Assembly (NCBI GenBank): GCA_044229975.1
Contig: JBGARZ010000024.1
Span: forward strand, 32,001 to 96,000
Direction of reading: 5' to 3'
DNA length: 64,000 nt
From: Polyangiales bacterium
GTDB taxonomy: Bacteria > Myxococcota_A > Polyangia > Polyangiales > Ga0077539
The notes beneath the pieces were generated by a model. The model did no database searches. It saw only the letters and a list, made by a program, of their open reading frames with translations, and was not told the origin of the DNA. Numbering within the stretch: position 1 is the stretch's first letter; each line of letters opens with the position of its first letter. A program made the position numbers and the translations under genes. Shown here piece by piece: positions 9,528 to 19,681 of this stretch.

Positions 9528-11330
9528 ATGGAGGCACGCGACGGTCGGCTCTCGCGCTGGGTTTTGTTCTGCGGCGCGGCCACGGTGACGGCGTGCTCGT
9601 CGGGTGACTCCGTCGTCGCGCGCGACAGGGACGCGGCCGTCACGGTGGGCCCGCCCGATGTGACCGAGGTGCTCGACGTGTCGCTGGGGCGGCTGGTCGA
9701 GGAGGGCGCTGACTTCACGGGGATGATCCCGGCGGGGGGCGGCGGCGGGGGGGAGTACTACGGCGCCATCTCCGCGGACGTGAACGGTGATGGTCGCCCC
9801 GACGTGCTCGGGTGGTCCGACCAGGGGTGGGCGCTGTTTCATCAGGGCGCGGACGGGGGCTTCACCCAGGCGAGCCGGGCGAACCAGCGGATGCGCTGCG
9901 CGGGCTTCGGCGACCTCGACGGCGACGGCGCCCCGGACGCGGTGATCGCCCGCCGGGATCCGCGGTTTCTGCGCAACGAGGGGGGCGCGCTGGTCGACCG
10001 GACGGCGCTCGCGCTCGGCGCCCCCGGGACGAAGGACGAGATCTTCGGCATCACCTTCGCGGACGTCGACTCGGACGGGCTGCTGGACGTGGCCGCGGCG
10101 GTGATGAACTGCGGCGTCGGACTGAGCCGGGTGTACCGCAACGAGGGGGACTTCCACTTCGTGGACGTGGCCGCGGAGATGGGGCTCACCCTCCCGGGCG
10201 GGGCGGCGTTTTCGCTGGCGATGGACGCGGTGGAGGACGACGGCGTGCTGCACGTCTGGAACTTCCCCGAGGGCTGCACCGAGCGGCGGATGCGGCACTG
10301 GCGCTTCCGGGCGGGGGACGACCTCCCGGTGCGCGTCGACGAGCGCGGCACCGACGCCGACTGGGCCAACCCCATGGGCAGCGCGCTGCTCGACGTCGAC
10401 GGTGACGGCCGGCTCGACCTGTTCATGAGCGCGGGCGGTCGCAACGTCGTGCTCGGGGCCCCGGAGTTCGTCACCTCGCTGCGCGATCAGCGCGGCCTCG
10501 GCGACCACCCGTCGCGCTTCGAAAACCCCGCGTCGGCGTGGTCGATGGTGCTGCTCGACGCCGACCAGGACGGCGCGCCGGACGTGTACGTCACCCACAA
10601 CGCCGCGCGCCCCGAGCTGCCGCCCATCACCATCACCGACGCGCTCTACCTCCACACCCCGATGGGTCGCTACCAGGACATCGGCGGCCGCGTGGGCATC
10701 GACCGCGACCAGGACTGCCAGGCCGCCTTCGGCGTCGACCTCGACCGCGACGGCGACACGGACCTCCTCGCGGGCTGCCGCGCGGGCGTGCGCGTGCTGC
10801 GCAACGACCTCGTCGCCCCGTCCAGCGGCCGCACCCTCACCCTCCGCGGAACGCTCTCCAACCCCGACGGCGTCCACGCCCTGATCGACGCCGCGGGCGG
10901 CCGACGTCGGGCGCAGCGGGGCGGCGGTCAGCCCTACGCGGGCGGCGTGGTGCGCGAGAGCTTCCGCGCGGCCGACGGTCCGCTCACGGTGCTGTGGCCG
11001 AGCGGCATCCACCAGCGCGTCGACCTCGGGGCCGACCCGACGCTGACGGTGACCGAGCCGCGCGTGGTGCAGGTGACTCCGCGCCGCGTCGCCGTCGGGT
11101 CACAGGCGCCCGTGCGGGTGGTGGTCGACCCCGGCGCGCTGGGCACACCGACGGCGGCGGTGCAGGTCGCGCTCACCGCGGGCGCGCGCTGGACCGAAGC
11201 CCTGTCCATGGGCGCCGACGGTCGGTGGCAGGGGGTGTTCGTGCCGCCGATGGAGCGCTCGACGACGGCGGTCACCGTCACCATCGGGTCGCTCACCCTC
11301 CGGGTGCGGCCGAAGGTGTTCGTTCGCTGA
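9528..11330 (+). CDS. FG-GAP/VCBS repeat lipoprotein, CRTAC1/ASPIC-UnbV-like
   Basis: Repeated DxDGDGxxD motifs; lipobox VTAC; C-terminal VLWPSG. Confidence 0.85.
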   Translation: MEARDGRLSRWVLFCGAATVTACSSGDSVVARDRDAAVTVGPPDVTEVLDVSLGRLVEEGADFTGMIPAGGGGGGEYYGAISADVNGDGRPDVLGWSDQGWALFHQGADGGFTQASRANQRMRCAGFGDLDGDGAPDAVIARRDPRFLRNEGGALVDRTALALGAPGTKDEIFGITFADVDSDGLLDVAAAVMNCGVGLSRVYRNEGDFHFVDVAAEMGLTLPGGAAFSLAMDAVEDDGVLHVWNFPEGCTERRMRHWRFRAGDDLPVRVDERGTDADWANPMGSALLDVDGDGRLDLFMSAGGRNVVLGAPEFVTSLRDQRGLGDHPSRFENPASAWSMVLLDADQDGAPDVYVTHNAARPELPPITITDALYLHTPMGRYQDIGGRVGIDRDQDCQAAFGVDLDRDGDTDLLAGCRAGVRVLRNDLVAPSSGRTLTLRGTLSNPDGVHALIDAAGGRRRAQRGGGQPYAGGVVRESFRAADGPLTVLWPSGIHQRVDLGADPTLTVTEPRVVQVTPRRVAVGSQAPVRVVVDPGALGTPTAAVQVALTAGARWTEALSMGADGRWQGVFVPPMERSTTAVTVTIGSLTLRVRPKVFVR

Positions 11331-11359
11331 CGCGCCATCACTCCGCGTGCGAAGAAAAC

Positions 11360-11459
11360 GAAGCCGCAAGGGCGCAAGGGTCGCAAGGAACAGAAGGGAC
11401 GAGTTCTGCTCGGAAACCTTCCCTTCTGTTCCTTGCGACCCTTGCGCCCTTGCGGCTTC
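11360..11459. repeat. Perfect 40-bp inverted repeat (REP-like hairpin, possible bidirectional terminator)
   Basis: Arms 11360-11399 and 11420-11459 are exact reverse complements; between convergent genes. Confidence 0.9.
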
Positions 11460-11477
11460 CGGGTCTCCACGCCGCTG

Positions 11478-12857
11478 CTACCGCACGCCGCGCGCATCGA
11501 GCGCCGACCGCAGCCACGCCGTGAACACCCGGTGCCCCAGCGCGCTGAAGTGCACGTCCCCCGGGTACTCCCGCGCGAACAGCGGCGGCCCCTCGCGCTC
11601 GAACGCCGCGCGCACCGGCTCCCACGCGTCGAGCGTGTCGATGCCCGCGGCCCTCGCCAGGTCGACGACGCGCTGCTGGGCCTCGCGCCCGCGGGTGAGG
11701 TCGCCCCAGTAGTCGTGGCCCTCGGGCGTGCGGCCGAGCGATCGCTCCAGCGTGGCGCGGGACGGCAGCACCACCACGAGCAGCGGGGTGCGGTGCGCGG
11801 CGGCCGTCGTGTGGAGGGCGCCGAGCACCGGGGCGAGCTGCTCCCACTCGCGGCCCCGCGCGGGCGGGCGGCGGCCGGAGGACGATCCCCAGCCGCGGCG
11901 GGCGAGCGACTGCTGCACCCCCACGGTGAGTCGCATCAGGGCGTCGGCGACGCGGAAGCTCCCGGCGAGCACCCGGAGTGCGAAGGGCGGAGGGCTCGTC
12001 ACGGCGTGCATCGCCGGCGGAATGGACCACCGCGGCGACGGGCACCGCGGCTCCAGGCGACCGCCGACCGACCGCAACAACGGACCACCCTCGCAGCACA
12101 GGGACGGGGCGCCGAGGTCTTCGAGGTCGTTGCCCGTGAACACGTACACGACCGCGAGCTGCGCGGGTCGCGCGGCGGTCCAGCGGGAGAGCGTGACGAG
12201 GTAGGCCTCGGGCCCGCCGCCCGCGGCGCCGAGGTTGACGTGACGAACGCCCGGCTGCGCGACGCCCAGGTCGGCGACGAAGGTCTCCTCGCGGCGCACG
12301 CCCACGCCGGCCACCAGCGAGTCGCCGATGTGCAGCACCGTCGGTAGGTCGGATGGCCCCTCGGAGAGCCGGTGCTCGATCTCGTGGGGCGACTCGTACA
12401 TGAGGTTGCAGGGCGCGTCGCGGTTGGTCACCGGCATCGACCACCGGGCCTGGCTCGGCGATGGAACCGACTGCGGCGCAGGCAACAGCACGCGCGCCAC
12501 GATCTCCACGAGCGCGACGCCGACGAGCGTTCCGCCGAGCACGCCGGTCACCCCGCGGCGGACGCGTCCTTCGGGCAGGGCCATCACCAGCACGACGCCC
12601 GCGGCGAACCCGCAGGCGAGCCCGAGGAGGTCCCAGAAGCCCACGTCGTCGAGCTGACGGACCTTCCACAGCGCGAGCGCGAAGGGCAGCACCACGAGCG
12701 GCAGCGCCGTGAGGAAACGACGACGACGGACGGCCTCCACCCGGCGCAGCGCGGCCGCGAGGAGACCGCCGAGCAGCGGCGGCAGCGTCAGCAGGGCGAG
12801 CGCGGCGAGGAAGGCGACGAGGTCGCTGGAGAAGGTTCCGGCCCCGGTGTCGAACAA
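11478..12857 (-). CDS. Membrane-bound SGNH/GDSL hydrolase (paralog of 19682-21067)
   Basis: N-terminal TMs; HIGDSL, NLG, GND, DVH; TTG start chosen by alignment to the paralog. Confidence 0.8.
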   Translation of the reverse strand: MFDTGAGTFSSDLVAFLAALALLTLPPLLGGLLAAALRRVEAVRRRRFLTALPLVVLPFALALWKVRQLDDVGFWDLLGLACGFAAGVVLVMALPEGRVRRGVTGVLGGTLVGVALVEIVARVLLPAPQSVPSPSQARWSMPVTNRDAPCNLMYESPHEIEHRLSEGPSDLPTVLHIGDSLVAGVGVRREETFVADLGVAQPGVRHVNLGAAGGGPEAYLVTLSRWTAARPAQLAVVYVFTGNDLEDLGAPSLCCEGGPLLRSVGGRLEPRCPSPRWSIPPAMHAVTSPPPFALRVLAGSFRVADALMRLTVGVQQSLARRGWGSSSGRRPPARGREWEQLAPVLGALHTTAAAHRTPLLVVVLPSRATLERSLGRTPEGHDYWGDLTRGREAQQRVVDLARAAGIDTLDAWEPVRAAFEREGPPLFAREYPGDVHFSALGHRVFTAWLRSALDARGVR

Positions 12858-12868
12858 CGAACCGCCCT

Positions 12869-13840
12869 CTACTCCCCGGGCGTGGCGCGCGCGTAGGCGA
12901 CGGCCCGGTCGATGATGTCGTCGAGGTCGCGCATGGGCACCGCGCCGAGCAGCGAGCGCAGCCGCGTGAGGTCGGGGACGCGCCGCTGGAGGTCCTCGAA
13001 ATCGGGCCCGTACGCCTCGGTGTAGGGGATGCGTCGGATGGTGCACCCGGGGTCGATGCGCGACCTCACGCGCTCGGCGAGGGCCATGATGGACACCTCG
13101 TGGTCGTGGCCCACGTTGACCACGCGACCGCGCGCGGCGGGTGTTCCCAAGAGGCGCATGAGGATGGACGACACGTCGCTCGCGTCGGCAAAGCACCGGG
13201 TCTGCGATCCGTCGCCGTAGACCACCATCGGACCGCCCGCGAGGCACTGCCGCACGAGGCGCGGGAGCACCATCCCGTAGCGCCCGGTCTGCCTTGCGCC
13301 GACGGTGTTGAAGAGCCGTGTGACGACCACCTGGAGCCCGAGCTCTCGCGCGAAGGCGAGGGCCATGAACTCGTCGACGGCCTTGGAGCACGCGTAGCCC
13401 CAGCGGGCGCGCGTGGTGGCCCCGAGCACCATGTCGGCGTCCTCCTGGAAGGGCACCGCCACGCTCTTGCCGTAGACCTCCGACGACGACGCGAGCAGCA
13501 CGGCCGCGCCCTCGGCGAGCGCCGCGCGCAGCACCCGCTCGGTGCCCGCGATGTTGGTCTCCAGCGTGTGCACCGGTCGGTCGACGATCATCCGAACGCC
13601 CACCGCGGCGGCCAGGTGATAGACCTCGCCGCAGCCCGCGATGGCGCCCGCCAGCGCCGCCTCGTCGAAGATGGACGCCTCGACGAAGCGGAAGCCCGAC
13701 GCGCCATCGAGCGCACGGAGGTTCTCGCGTCGCCCGCTGGAGAGGTCGTCGATGACCACCACCTCGCTGCCGCGCGCGCGGAGGTGCTCGCAGAGGTGGG
13801 AGCCGATGAGCCCGGCGCCGCCGGTGACGAGCGCCCTCAT
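12869..13840 (-). CDS. NAD-dependent nucleotide-sugar epimerase/dehydratase
   Basis: MRALVTGGAGLIGSHL, SSSEVYG, YACSK, RLFNTVG. Confidence 0.9.
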   Translation of the reverse strand: MRALVTGGAGLIGSHLCEHLRARGSEVVVIDDLSSGRRENLRALDGASGFRFVEASIFDEAALAGAIAGCGEVYHLAAAVGVRMIVDRPVHTLETNIAGTERVLRAALAEGAAVLLASSSEVYGKSVAVPFQEDADMVLGATTRARWGYACSKAVDEFMALAFARELGLQVVVTRLFNTVGARQTGRYGMVLPRLVRQCLAGGPMVVYGDGSQTRCFADASDVSSILMRLLGTPAARGRVVNVGHDHEVSIMALAERVRSRIDPGCTIRRIPYTEAYGPDFEDLQRRVPDLTRLRSLLGAVPMRDLDDIIDRAVAYARATPGE

Positions 13841-14589
13841 GCCGACCCCAGCGTCACGAAGCGCGCCCCGCTCGTCCGCCATCCATCCACCGACCGCCAG
13901 AGCGTGGCCTCGGCCGCGGCGCCCTGTCCGAAGGTCACGAAGGGCTTCATCCACCGCGGCAACGCAAAGCCCTCGACCCGATCGAGCAGCTCGTAGGGGT
14001 GCAGGTAGAAGACCCGCGGCGGCTGCGTCGCCAACCGCGCGAGCGGCGCGAAGAGCCGCCGGTACGACAGCCCCTCCGGGATGGGCAGCCCCAGCATCCG
14101 CGGAACCGGAAACTCCTCCACGGCGCTCCCCTCCAGCCGATGCGGACCGCCCGTTCGCACGAGGTGCCGATAGCCCGCCCGCGGCGAGAACGGCGCCTCG
14201 GACGACGACCACCGATAGCCCGTCTCCTCCAACAGCGGACCAAACCCATGCGGCAGGTCGAAGAAGGGCGCGCGGAAGCCATCACACGTCGTCCCCGTGG
14301 CGTCCTCGATGGCCGCGCGGGAGTCCGCGAGCTCGGCGCGTTGCTGCACCGTCGAGCAGCGCGAGAGCGCCGGGTGCGTCATGGAGTGCGACGCCACGAC
14401 GTGCCCGCGACCGACCGCATCACGCAGCACCGCGGGGCGCTGGCGGGCGACGTCACCCACCACGAAGAGCGTCGCGGGGATGCGCCGCGCGTCGAGCGCA
14501 TCGAGCAGCCGCGGGAGCACCTCGTCGAGGCCGCGCAGGGACGCCGTCCCGAAGTCGCCCTCGACGTCGAGGGTGAGGGCCACGTCCAC
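13837..14589 (-). CDS. Polysaccharide deacetylase family protein
   Basis: LTLDVE, ATLFVVG, HSMTH, GFRAP, YLHPYE. Confidence 0.88.
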   Translation of the reverse strand: MDVALTLDVEGDFGTASLRGLDEVLPRLLDALDARRIPATLFVVGDVARQRPAVLRDAVGRGHVVASHSMTHPALSRCSTVQQRAELADSRAAIEDATGTTCDGFRAPFFDLPHGFGPLLEETGYRWSSSEAPFSPRAGYRHLVRTGGPHRLEGSAVEEFPVPRMLGLPIPEGLSYRRLFAPLARLATQPPRVFYLHPYELLDRVEGFALPRWMKPFVTFGQGAAAEATLWRSVDGWRTSGARFVTLGSA

Positions 14590-14592
14590 GGC

Positions 14593-14748
14593 CTAGGGTT
14601 CCTTCTCGTCGCGATCGGCGACGCGGCGGATCTGCGTGGCGATGTCCCGCAGGGCCCGGTGCACGCCGCGCATCTCCCAGGCGACCCACACGCACGCGAG
14701 GGCGATGGGCGTCTGCGTCAGCAGGATCATCCAGACCGTGTCCCTCAC
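14593..14748 (-). CDS. Small single-TM protein (51 aa)
   Basis: Manual: MRDTVWMILLTQTPIALACVWVAWEMRGVHRALRDIATQIRRVADRDEKEP; GTGA coupling to the upstream ORF. Confidence 0.6.
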   Translation of the reverse strand: MRDTVWMILLTQTPIALACVWVAWEMRGVHRALRDIATQIRRVADRDEKEP

Positions 14749-14909
14749 GGCGCGGACGCCTTCGCGCGCAGGTTGGCGGCGATGCCTTCGAGCACGCGTC
14801 GGGCGTGGCGCAGGGCGAGGGCGATGGCCACCGCGGCGACCCAGTAGGCCGCGTGCGTGGCGTACATCGATTGGAGGAAGTCGTGGTGGCGCACCGCCGG
14901 GAGTCTCAC
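14745..14909 (-). CDS. Small single-TM protein (54 aa)
   Basis: Manual: MRLPAVRHHDFLQSMYATHAAYWVAAVAIALALRHARRVLEGIAANLRAKASAP; GTGA overlap with the GT2 stop. Confidence 0.55.
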   Translation of the reverse strand: MRLPAVRHHDFLQSMYATHAAYWVAAVAIALALRHARRVLEGIAANLRAKASAP

Positions 14910-15670
14910 CCCTTCGGCGGGCGAAGGTCCATGGCCCACGCGGCGGGGGCTCCCACGGCGAGTCCGGCGATGCATCCCGCGGCGAGGATGGGCTTGCGCC
15001 ACGCGGGGACCGGCAGCGACGCCAGCTCGCGCAGCACCCAGCGGTCGAAGTGGTTGTTGGCGCGGATCATCTCGCGCGCGGTGACGTGCGACGTGGTCGA
15101 GGGGACGGTGGTGATGGGCACCGACGCGAGGCGCAGCCCCGCGGCGACGGCGCGGAGGATGACCTCGTGCTCGTACACGAAGCCGCCCGACGTGTTGTGC
15201 ACCGCGGCGAGGGCCGACGCGCGAAACCCGCGGAAGCCGCAGATGGTGTCCTCGATGCTCGGGTCGAGCACCCGAAACCAGAAGAGCGCCAGCGCGTTGA
15301 GGGCCCGCCGCGCCCCGGAGCGGTAGACCGTTCGGCTTCCCAGCGCGACGTCGCAGTGTTCGAGCGCCGCGAGAAAGCCGGGGATCTCATCGGGGTCGTG
15401 CTCGCCGTCGGCGTCGAGGGTGATGACCTGCGCGGCGCCCATCGCGACCGCTGCTTCCAGCCCGTGCACCAGCGCCGCCCCTTTGCCCCGGTTGGGGTCG
15501 AGGCGCAGCACCGTGGCGCCACCAGCCTTGGCGCGCTCGCTGGTGTCGTCGCGTGAGCCGTCGTCGACGACGATCACGGTGTCGACGTACTTCGCGGCGC
15601 GTCGCACGACGTCCTCGACGTGCTCGGCTTCGTTGTGCGCGGGGATGACCGCGACCGACGTCACCGTCAC
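14906..15670 (-). CDS. Glycosyltransferase family 2 (DPM synthase-like)
   Basis: VIPAHNE, VDDGSRD, NRGKG, LDADGEH. Confidence 0.9.
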   Translation of the reverse strand: MTVTSVAVIPAHNEAEHVEDVVRRAAKYVDTVIVVDDGSRDDTSERAKAGGATVLRLDPNRGKGAALVHGLEAAVAMGAAQVITLDADGEHDPDEIPGFLAALEHCDVALGSRTVYRSGARRALNALALFWFRVLDPSIEDTICGFRGFRASALAAVHNTSGGFVYEHEVILRAVAAGLRLASVPITTVPSTTSHVTAREMIRANNHFDRWVLRELASLPVPAWRKPILAAGCIAGLAVGAPAAWAMDLRPPKG

Positions 15671-17127
15671 GCCTTGAACCCCGAGCGAACGAACTTCAGC
15701 CCCGACGCCGACATGAAGCGGACGTTCTCGACGAAGTCGGCGTTGAAGATCTCGCGCGCGACCTTGCGCGGCCGCAGGTAGAAGCGCGAGAGCGCGCGGT
15801 CTTGCAGCGCCTTCATGCGGTCGAGGTCGATGACGCCGTTGAAGGAGAGCTTCGGGTCACCGTCGAGGAGGTCGTCGAGGGTGATGGGCTTGGTCCACCC
15901 CTTGCGCACGGCCTGCGCGTAGAGCTCGGTGCCGGGGAAGGGCGTGGCGACCTCGTAGTTCATGTACGAGATGTCGAGCGTCTCGACCCAGTCGAGGGTG
16001 CGGCCCATCTCGTCCTCGGACTGCTCCGGCGTTCCCACCACGAAGAGCCCGGCCGTCGCGATGCCGTTGCGCTCCATCACCCGGATGAGCTCCGCGGCGC
16101 GCGCCGGCTTGATGCCCTTGCGGTGCGACGCCTGCCGCGTGTGCTCGTCGATGGGGTCGACGCCAAACTCCGCCGAGCGGCATCCCGCGCGGCCGAGCAG
16201 CTCGATCATCGCTTCGTCCATGCGGTCGAGCCGCGTCTCGATGCCCCACTCCAGCGGCAGGCGACGGTCGATGACCATCTGGCAGAGGTCCTTCACGCGC
16301 TTCATGTCGAGCGAGAAGGTGGGGTCGCGGAAGAGCAGGCTGCGGATGCCGAAGCGCTCGACGACGTGCTGCATCTCATCGGCGACGAGGGCCGCGCTGC
16401 GCGGTCGGAAGGGAGCGCCCTGGGCCACCGGGTACGGGCAGAAGTGGCACTGGTAGGGGCAGCCGCGCGACGACAGCGCCGTGAGAAACGGCCGCTTCTT
16501 CAGCAGCGGGAAGTACCCGTAGTCGGAGATCGGAAACGCGTCCCAGCGAGGCTGCGGGAGCGTGTCGAGGTCGTCGATGAAGCCGCTCATGGCGGGGGCG
16601 GGCGTGCCGTCGTCGTCGAGCATCAGCACACCCGGAAGACCGGGTTTCAGTGTGCCTTTGGCGAGGTGACCGAGCACCACCTCGGGGTCGCCGCGCGGGA
16701 TCACCTCGGCCATCCCGCGTCGCAGGATGTCGTCCGAGAAGAAGGTGGCCGACTGGTTGAGCAGCAGCCGACGCGCGCCCGTGGCGGCCTTCACGCGTTC
16801 GAGGTAGCGCAGCTCGGCGCCGAGGTACGCAAACGACGACGCGGCCACGACCCAGTCGGGCTTCGCGCGCACGATGGCGTCGAGGGCTTCGGGGTCGTGC
16901 GGGTCGAGGCGCGACTGGTCGAGGACGACGACGTCGTGGTCGCGCAGGATGGCCGCGGCGAAGGCCAGCGAGATGACCGGGAGGCGGGTGCCTTCGTTCT
17001 TGAGGAGGGCGACGAAGCGGGGCCCCAGGCCGACGCCGAAGTCGTCGTCGATGCCCATGCCGCCCATGAGGTCGCGGTTGGTGAAGCGCCCCGCCGGAAC
17101 AGGTGGATTGACCAGCGCGATTCGCAT
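15667..17127 (-). CDS. B12-binding-type radical SAM protein
   Basis: MRIALVNPP; SSRGCPYQCHFC; TPFPGT. Confidence 0.9.
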   Translation of the reverse strand: MRIALVNPPVPAGRFTNRDLMGGMGIDDDFGVGLGPRFVALLKNEGTRLPVISLAFAAAILRDHDVVVLDQSRLDPHDPEALDAIVRAKPDWVVAASSFAYLGAELRYLERVKAATGARRLLLNQSATFFSDDILRRGMAEVIPRGDPEVVLGHLAKGTLKPGLPGVLMLDDDGTPAPAMSGFIDDLDTLPQPRWDAFPISDYGYFPLLKKRPFLTALSSRGCPYQCHFCPYPVAQGAPFRPRSAALVADEMQHVVERFGIRSLLFRDPTFSLDMKRVKDLCQMVIDRRLPLEWGIETRLDRMDEAMIELLGRAGCRSAEFGVDPIDEHTRQASHRKGIKPARAAELIRVMERNGIATAGLFVVGTPEQSEDEMGRTLDWVETLDISYMNYEVATPFPGTELYAQAVRKGWTKPITLDDLLDGDPKLSFNGVIDLDRMKALQDRALSRFYLRPRKVAREIFNADFVENVRFMSASGLKFVRSGFKA

Positions 17128-17155
17128 CGACCGACTGTACTTGAGCACACGCCCG

Positions 17156-17566
17156 TTAGAACAGCCGCTCCCAATGCGCGGGGTCATCCGGCGCCTTCGG
17201 CAGATCGACCCAGTAGCTCTCGCCCTTGCCCTTCTTCAGCCGCATGCGGTCGCGCCCCGCCGCGCGCGAGATGAGCCCCGCGGGCACCACCGCGAGCAGC
17301 CACGTCAGCACCAGGATGATTCGCCCGGTGATGTTGCCCATCACGAACGCGACGCCCATCCACGCCCAGTAGAAGGGCAGCGCCACGCGCGTCCCGGTGA
17401 GCCCGGTGAGCCCGAAGAGCAGCGCCACCACGCCCGCCACCAGCGCGGCCGTCGGGCGGTGCCGCCACGTCATCACGGCGGCGATGACGCCGAAGCCCAC
17501 CAGCGTGACCGCGCCGAAGCTACGCAGCTCCTTCGGGGAGGGCTTCCACTCGATGCGAACCAGCAC
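17156..17566 (-). CDS. SxtJ-family membrane protein
   Basis: ELRSFG, YWAWM, DRMRL...SYW, ERLF end; downstream of a carbamoyltransferase. Confidence 0.8.
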   Translation of the reverse strand: MLVRIEWKPSPKELRSFGAVTLVGFGVIAAVMTWRHRPTAALVAGVVALLFGLTGLTGTRVALPFYWAWMGVAFVMGNITGRIILVLTWLLAVVPAGLISRAAGRDRMRLKKGKGESYWVDLPKAPDDPAHWERLF

Positions 17567-17570
17567 GGCG

Positions 17571-17729
17571 TCAGAACACCGTGTAGAGGAACGGCCCCGC
17601 GCTCGTGGAGCCCGCGTAGACCAGCGCCCCGAGCAGCAGCAGCACCACCACGATGGGCGTGAGCCAGTAGGCCCGGTGCTCCCGCAGCAGGGCCAGAACG
17701 TCCTTCAGTACGCTGCGCCGTCGCGCCAT
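17571..17729 (-). CDS. SxtK/DUF5989-like small membrane protein (52 aa)
   Basis: Manual: MARRRSVLKDVLALLREHRAYWLTPIVVVLLLLGALVYAGSTSAGPFLYTVF; WLxP and PFxYxxF signature. Confidence 0.85.
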   Translation of the reverse strand: MARRRSVLKDVLALLREHRAYWLTPIVVVLLLLGALVYAGSTSAGPFLYTVF

Positions 17730-17756
17730 GCGGCCGATGCTATCACCGCCCGAAGC

Positions 17757-19592
17757 TCAATCGAGAACGTTGGGCGCCGTGCGCTTCGCCGACTCCGGGA
17801 TCACCTGCTCGTCCTTCAGGCAGAGGCAATCACCCACCACGAGCGCATCGATGTCCGTCGCGGCGAAGCAGCGCCAGGCGTCCTCCGGCGTGCACACCAC
17901 CGGCTCGCCGCGCAGGTTGAACGACGTGTTGATGAGCACCGGGCAACCGGTTCGCTGGTGCCACGCGCGCATCAGCGCATGGAAGCGCGGGTTGGGCTGC
18001 GGGCCCACGGTCTGGATGCGCGCGGTGTCGTCGACGTGCGTGATCGCCGGGACATCCGAGCGCGCCACGTCGAGCCGCGCGAGCCCCTGCAACCCCTCGG
18101 CTTCGGGCGGCGTCGGTAGTCTGTGCGCGGCGCTCACCTCGGCGACGAGCAGCATGTACGGGCTCGGCCGATCGAGGTCGAAGTACTCCGAGACGTGCTC
18201 CTCCAGGCACACCGGCGCGAAGGGTCGAAACGACTCGCGCAGCTTCACCCGGAGGTTGAGCGTCTTCTGCATCGCGCGGTCGCGCGGGTCGGCGAGGATC
18301 GACCGGTTGCCCAGCGCGCGCGGACCAAACTCCATCGGCCCGTCGCACCGCGCGACCACCTTGCCCGTCGCGAGCAGCTCCACCACCGCCGCGTCGAGCG
18401 CGCCCGCGTCGTCGTACGCGGTGTACTTCGCGCCGACCTTGTCGAGGGCCGCGCGCACCGCCGCGCGGTCGAAGCTCGGGCCCAGCAGCGCGCCCTTCAT
18501 CGCGTCGCGCGTGTGCACCGTGCGCGGCTTGCCCATGATGCCGTGATAGCCCTGAAGAGCAGCCCCGAGCGCGCCGCCCGCATCGCCCGCAGCGGGCTGT
18601 ATCCAGAGGTCTTCGAAGGGCCCTTCGCGCAGCAGCTTCCCGTTGGCGACGCAGTTGAGCGCGACGCCTCCCGCGAGGCAGAGCTTCTTCATCCCGGTCT
18701 GCTGGTGCACGTGCCGGGCGACGCGCATCACGACCTCTTCGGTGAAGCGCTGCACGGCGCCCGCGAGGTCCATCTCGCGCTGCGTGAGCGGAGCTTCGGC
18801 CAGGCGCGGCGGCGCGCCGAAGAGCGCGTGAAAGCGCGGCCCCGTCATGGCGTGACCGGCGCAGTAGTCGAAGTACGACTGGTCCATCCAGAGCGAGCCG
18901 TCGTCGCGCAGGTCGACCACGTGCTCCTTCAAGAGCGTGAGGAAGCGCTCGACGCCCGCCGGGTCGGCGTAGGGCGCGAGGCCCATCACCTTGTACTCAC
19001 CCGAGTTCACCCGGAAGCCCGTGTACTGCGTAAACGCGCTGTACAGCAGGCCGAGTGAGTGCGGGAAGCGCTGCTCCTGGCGCAGCTCGACGCGCGACCC
19101 GCGGCCGACGCCCCAGGTGCTCGTCGACCACTCGCCGACGCCGTCGAGCGTGACGATGGCGGCCTCCTCGAAGGGCGACGCGAGGAAGGCGCTCGCCGCG
19201 TGGGCCTCGTGGTGGCGCGTGTAATAGATGGGCGCCTCGCACTTCTCACCGAGCACACGGTCGACGGCGCGGTGCACGAAGAGCTTGTGGTCGAGCCACG
19301 ACGGCGCCGCCCGCATGAACGACAGCAGCCCCTTCGGCGCGAACGCGAGGTAGGTCTCCAGCAGCCGCTCGGCCTTGAGCACCGGCTTGTCGTAGAAGAC
19401 CACCGCGTCGAGGGCGCTCGCGTCGCGTCCCCACGCGCCGAGGCAGTACGCGATGGCGCGCTCGGGGAAATCCCCGTCGTGCTTCTTGCGCGTGAAGCGC
19501 TCTTCTTCCGCGGCGGCGACGATGTCCCCGTCGACGACCAGCACCGCGGCGCTGTCGTGATAGTAGGCCGAGAGGCCGAGCACCGCGGTCAT
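17757..19592 (-). CDS. O-carbamoyltransferase (NodU/CmcH/SxtI family)
   Basis: YYHDSAA, EEERFTRKKH, HHEAHAAS, EYKVMGLAPY, EFGPRALGNRS, NTSFN. Confidence 0.95.
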   Translation of the reverse strand: MTAVLGLSAYYHDSAAVLVVDGDIVAAAEEERFTRKKHDGDFPERAIAYCLGAWGRDASALDAVVFYDKPVLKAERLLETYLAFAPKGLLSFMRAAPSWLDHKLFVHRAVDRVLGEKCEAPIYYTRHHEAHAASAFLASPFEEAAIVTLDGVGEWSTSTWGVGRGSRVELRQEQRFPHSLGLLYSAFTQYTGFRVNSGEYKVMGLAPYADPAGVERFLTLLKEHVVDLRDDGSLWMDQSYFDYCAGHAMTGPRFHALFGAPPRLAEAPLTQREMDLAGAVQRFTEEVVMRVARHVHQQTGMKKLCLAGGVALNCVANGKLLREGPFEDLWIQPAAGDAGGALGAALQGYHGIMGKPRTVHTRDAMKGALLGPSFDRAAVRAALDKVGAKYTAYDDAGALDAAVVELLATGKVVARCDGPMEFGPRALGNRSILADPRDRAMQKTLNLRVKLRESFRPFAPVCLEEHVSEYFDLDRPSPYMLLVAEVSAAHRLPTPPEAEGLQGLARLDVARSDVPAITHVDDTARIQTVGPQPNPRFHALMRAWHQRTGCPVLINTSFNLRGEPVVCTPEDAWRCFAATDIDALVVGDCLCLKDEQVIPESAKRTAPNVLD

Positions 19593-19681
19593 GCGCTCCG
19601 TCTACCGGTACCGCGGCCCGGCTTCAATCCCGACGCTGCACTTGACCAGAACGCGGCGGCTGCGGTCCCATCGCGGCCTCG

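Noticed and set aside
14593..14909. Small ORFs as RiPP precursors for the rSAMs
   Set aside because: Hydrophobic TM character and a glycosyltransferase operon context; no leader/core pattern, and no peptidase or RRE recognised.
17156..19592. Saxitoxin biosynthesis
   Set aside because: Only the generic sxtI/J/K-like module is present; no sxtA or sxtG core genes were seen.
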